NCBI GenBank assembly: GCA_964658305.1
Contig: OZ210884.1
Coordinates: forward strand, 5,456,001 to 5,520,000
Reading direction: 5' to 3'
Length of the DNA: 64,000 bases
DNA from: Leptogorgia sarmentosa
Lineage: Eukaryota
Made by a program: the position numbers and the translations under genes. This document shows positions 60,677-64,000 of the stretch, piece by piece. Numbering within the stretch: position 1 is the first letter of the stretch; each line of letters starts with the position of its first letter. Under the pieces are notes generated by a model. The model saw nothing but the letters and a program-made list of their open reading frames with translations, did not search any database and was not told the DNA's origin.

Positions 60677-63600
60677 ATGGGTGAAAGCTGCTATAGTGCA
60701 GTTCGAGTCATCGTCATCTTCTTTAACTTCATATTTTTTGTAAGTATTTATTACATGTTTCTGCAAGGGGATAAAAAATTCAATATTTCTCAATTTTTAA
60801 AGGTTTAAATTTTAGTAAGACATTGCTTCAAATTACAATTTGCATTTCCTTATATACTTTTGTAGAGTATATTGTACTAGTAATGGTGACATTCATATGA
60901 ATTGCTCCAAAAATTCAAGCCTATGTAATTTCTTTCTGACACTTGCCTTAATTTTAATGTTTTCTTTTTGTTTCAATTGCCAGCTATGTGGATGTGGTAT
61001 ATTGTCATTTGGTGTGTATGTGCAAATCGAGAAGGGTGACTATGCTGCAGTATCAACAACAAGAGGACTCACAGCATCACTCTTGCTGATTGTTGCTGGA
61101 TTTATCACTGCTGTCATTTCGTTCATGGGATGCCTTGGTGCTTACAAGAAAAGTAGAACTCTTCTCTGGATTGTAAGTTGACAAAAGGTGCTAGATGACA
61201 ATTACAGGCAGCATCTTTTTCAGCAAACTGTTACCAGTTATATCACATATTAAATTAGCTTTATTACTAAGAAATGAAATGTTAAGTAACCTAAATTTAA
61301 TATCCAGTTTGTAGTTTTGATGGCTGTGATTGTGATCTTAGAGATTGCTGCCTTTATCTTGGCTATAATCTATCGAGGGAAGGTAGGGTCAATCTTGAAT
61401 TATTTTAGGTCAATAGTGACTTTGGCTATTACTGAAAATGGCTCTCGTTTTTATGCACACAACATGACCCAAATGTGGTCTTAAGGGCTACAGTTAAGGA
61501 GCATAGTTAAGGAGAATAGTTTAGGAGGAGAGTTGGAGAGCATCTTCGATGACAATGGTTAAGCAGCATGGTGGAAAAGTATGGTTAAAGAGAATGGTTA
61601 AGCAATATGGTTCAGGAGCACGGTTGGGCATGGTTGAACAACATGGTCAAGGAACATGATTGTTAAAGAGCATGGGTGAGGGGGGTGGTTGAAGAGCATG
61701 GTTGATGATAATGGTAAAGCAGTTTGGTTCAGTGGTGTTCATGGTTGAGGAACATCGTGTATGAGTATAGCTCAGGAACATGGTTGAGGAGTATGGTTGA
61801 GGAGAATAATTAAGGAGTTTGCTTGAGGAGCATGGTTGACGTGGTTGAGGAGCATGGTAAAGAAATATTGTTGAGGAACATGGTTAAGGAGTATGGTTAA
61901 GGAGCATGGTTGAGAAACATTGTTAACAAATATGGTTGATTAGCATGGTCAATGAGCATGGTTGAGGAGCATTGTTGAGGAGCATGGTTGAATAGCCTTG
62001 TTGAAGACCTTTGTTAAGAAGCTTGGTTGAGGGACATGGTTAAGGAGCATGGTTGAGGAGCATGGTTGAGAATCTTGGTTAAGGAGCATGGTTATTTCAC
62101 GAGCAAGGTTGAGGAACATATGGTTGAGGATTGTGTGTTCAAGGCTTCTTGTCCTTGGTGGGTTGATAAAGCCCAGAGACACATCCAATATGGCCAAAGA
62201 ACGATATGCACAATAACAATTTGTACAAAGTTCTCACAATATGAATATGAAACAGGGAATTCATTGGTTTTTACATTCATATCAATATGTGCCCCTGCAT
62301 TGTTTCAATACCTAGTATTTTTTAAGTTGAAAGACGAGCTGTATGGTGATATGAAGGCATCCCTTGAGGAGTATGGCAGGGATGATCAAGATGGGATCAC
62401 TGATGGCTGGGATTGGATACAGAGAAAGGTACAACTAGTATGCAGTATGAAATTTTGAGAATCTGGAGTATCAAGATTCTCCGAAATGTCTTTTCCAAGG
62501 TCTCATACCACCTCATTTGTTCATTGATATATGTTGAATTTAAATTACTTGTGTTTTCGAAGTGCAAGATTTTGCCTCCATAATGATAAATCATAAAATT
62601 ATGGGTTGGGATTGAGAGATATTAAGGGTTGTTAAATTATTTGGGGGGAACTGCGGTCCGCAGTATTTTCACGCCCCTAAATTTCGGTATTTGTATCATT
62701 AGTTTGAGTGCTGCGGAGTGAACAATACAATTGACTGGGCAATACATTATGCGGTGTTCAATGGAAGTCATAACAAAGTCCCAGACAGTTGCTGTGTTGT
62801 TGAAAATAAAGGTTGTGGTGACCCGTACAAGTTCACCAACGGCACCATCATAAATGGTATTTATACCAAGGTAAGTGGCTCAAAGTATTCGGAGAATTTT
62901 CCCAAAACGTTTCCTGTATTGGTGAGTTCAGCTGGGGTGAATATTCAGGTGGGTATAGCATAACTGGGATACTGTAATCATCTCCACGAAATATGTTGGA
63001 AATCGGACCAAGCACAAGCTGTGCAGGCATAATTTGTTTTACAATACATACAGCCTTTGTGTAATTTACAATAGGCTGTAGCAATATACAGCGGACCCAT
63101 GAAAAAGAAGTCTAAAAGTGCCAAATAGATGAAGGGGTTAGGGTAAGGTGTATATGGCGGGAAAATAAAACAGCGAACCGTTTGAGATGCTAGAATTTTT
63201 TATGGCCAGCAGAAGAACTTCAGTTGACGCCACAATGGCCTTAATGTGTCATTACATTGTAATGGGATGTAATTAATGTCTACCATACTAATACAACCAT
63301 ATTACGCTTGCTCTTGTCAGCTACTTCCTAGCTTAGTGGTCAAAGCAGTGCACCGGCATCGCACAGGCGTAGGTTCGATTCCTGCCGGAGGACCTATAGT
63401 TGTTGAATTTTTCTCAACTGTTCCCGGTTGGAATTTCGATATGTGTATGATTTCCAGTTGATACTAAGGCACGTTAACCCACCAGAAGAATAATTTCCGC
63501 ATCGAGTGAAGTGCCGCAAAATCACATTTAATGGGATGTACTACTTTCATATACTGTATAATGACCTGAAAAAAACATTGCATGCAATTAAGTAATTAAA

Positions 63601-63871
63601 TAAAACCTATTATTATAGTATCACTTAGATCAGCTGTAGCACCAAGATTCCATATGAGAGGTTGACTAAATGTTACCAATTTTGTTCCCAGTTTTGCAAA
63701 TTCGTTAAAAGAACTGAAGTCTTGAGTATAACATCTGTGGACTTTTGTTCTAATGAAACTTCTACACTTTATATTTTAATTTTATAGGGATGTTTCAATG
63801 AACTGAAAGACTTTTTGGAAAGTAATCTTCTGGTGATGGGAATATTGGCAGCTGTCTTTGTCGTCATTGAG
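60677..63871 (+). CDS. Tetraspanin C, 6-Cys EC2, last exon outside the window; exons 60677-60739, 60984-61172, 61308-61382, 62327-62428, 62703-62870, 63788-63871
   Basis: MGESCYSAVRVIVIFFNFIFF; SFMGCLGAYKKSR; ILEIAA; GWDWIQRKFECCG..VPDSCC..C..GCFNELKDF. Confidence 0.93.
61490..62130. repeat. Degenerate 13-bp minisatellite (ggttgaggagcat)n in tetraspanin C intron 3
   Basis: About 640 bp of imperfect tandem units. Confidence 0.9.
63272..63528 (+). mobile_element. tRNA-derived SINE-like repeat
   Basis: A-box TAGCTTAGTGG at 63329-63339; B-box GGTTCGATTCC at 63372-63382; D and T arms pair but the acceptor stem does not; flanked by direct repeat TAATGGGATGTA (63260-63271, 63529-63540). Confidence 0.7.
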
Positions 63872-64000
63872 GTGAGATGATATTAAATTTCTATGTATTG
63901 TTTGTCACAGTATTGATAATAAATGTGCGAATGATAAACTCGACTTCCAAATTTTCCTTTTTTTACTTTCGTGTCAATTTACATTAATTCTCCATTTATA

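Noticed and set aside
61949..62326. ORFs 61949-62197 and the 5' part of 62066-62458
   Set aside because: Translations of the 13-bp minisatellite and intron; only 62327-62428 is a real exon
63322..63395. Functional tRNA gene
   Set aside because: Acceptor stem does not pair, anticodon arm has a mismatch and lacks U33; embedded in a longer repeat

Overview
AT-rich, intron-rich animal DNA. Gene families and repeat types suggest an anthozoan cnidarian, possibly an octocoral (inference only). Genes rebuilt by hand from GT..AG exon chains, left to right: an intronless orphan class A GPCR (-); a 3-exon myohemerythrin-type di-iron protein (+) with TATA/Inr and HRE-like motifs; NUP50 (-, 7 exons) head-to-head with PHF21A/BHC80 (+, 14 exons); an intronless CYP46-like P450 family; a complete DNMT3 (+, about 24 exons, PWWP-ADD-MTase); and three tetraspanins (-, -, +, the last truncated by the window). 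The P450 family has four copies: one frameshifted copy nested sense-strand in the PHF21A intron that splits its AT-hook, one 3' fragment in a decayed PHF21A/P450 duplicate, and two intact minus-strand genes. Introns and spacers hold many MITEs and hairpins, a LINE 3' end, a tRNA-derived SINE-like element and minisatellites. The most notable structure is the P450 array: mosaic copies whose differences cluster in substrate-recognition regions, one of them inside a chromatin-reader gene. No terpene synthase or other partner enzyme was seen in the window.
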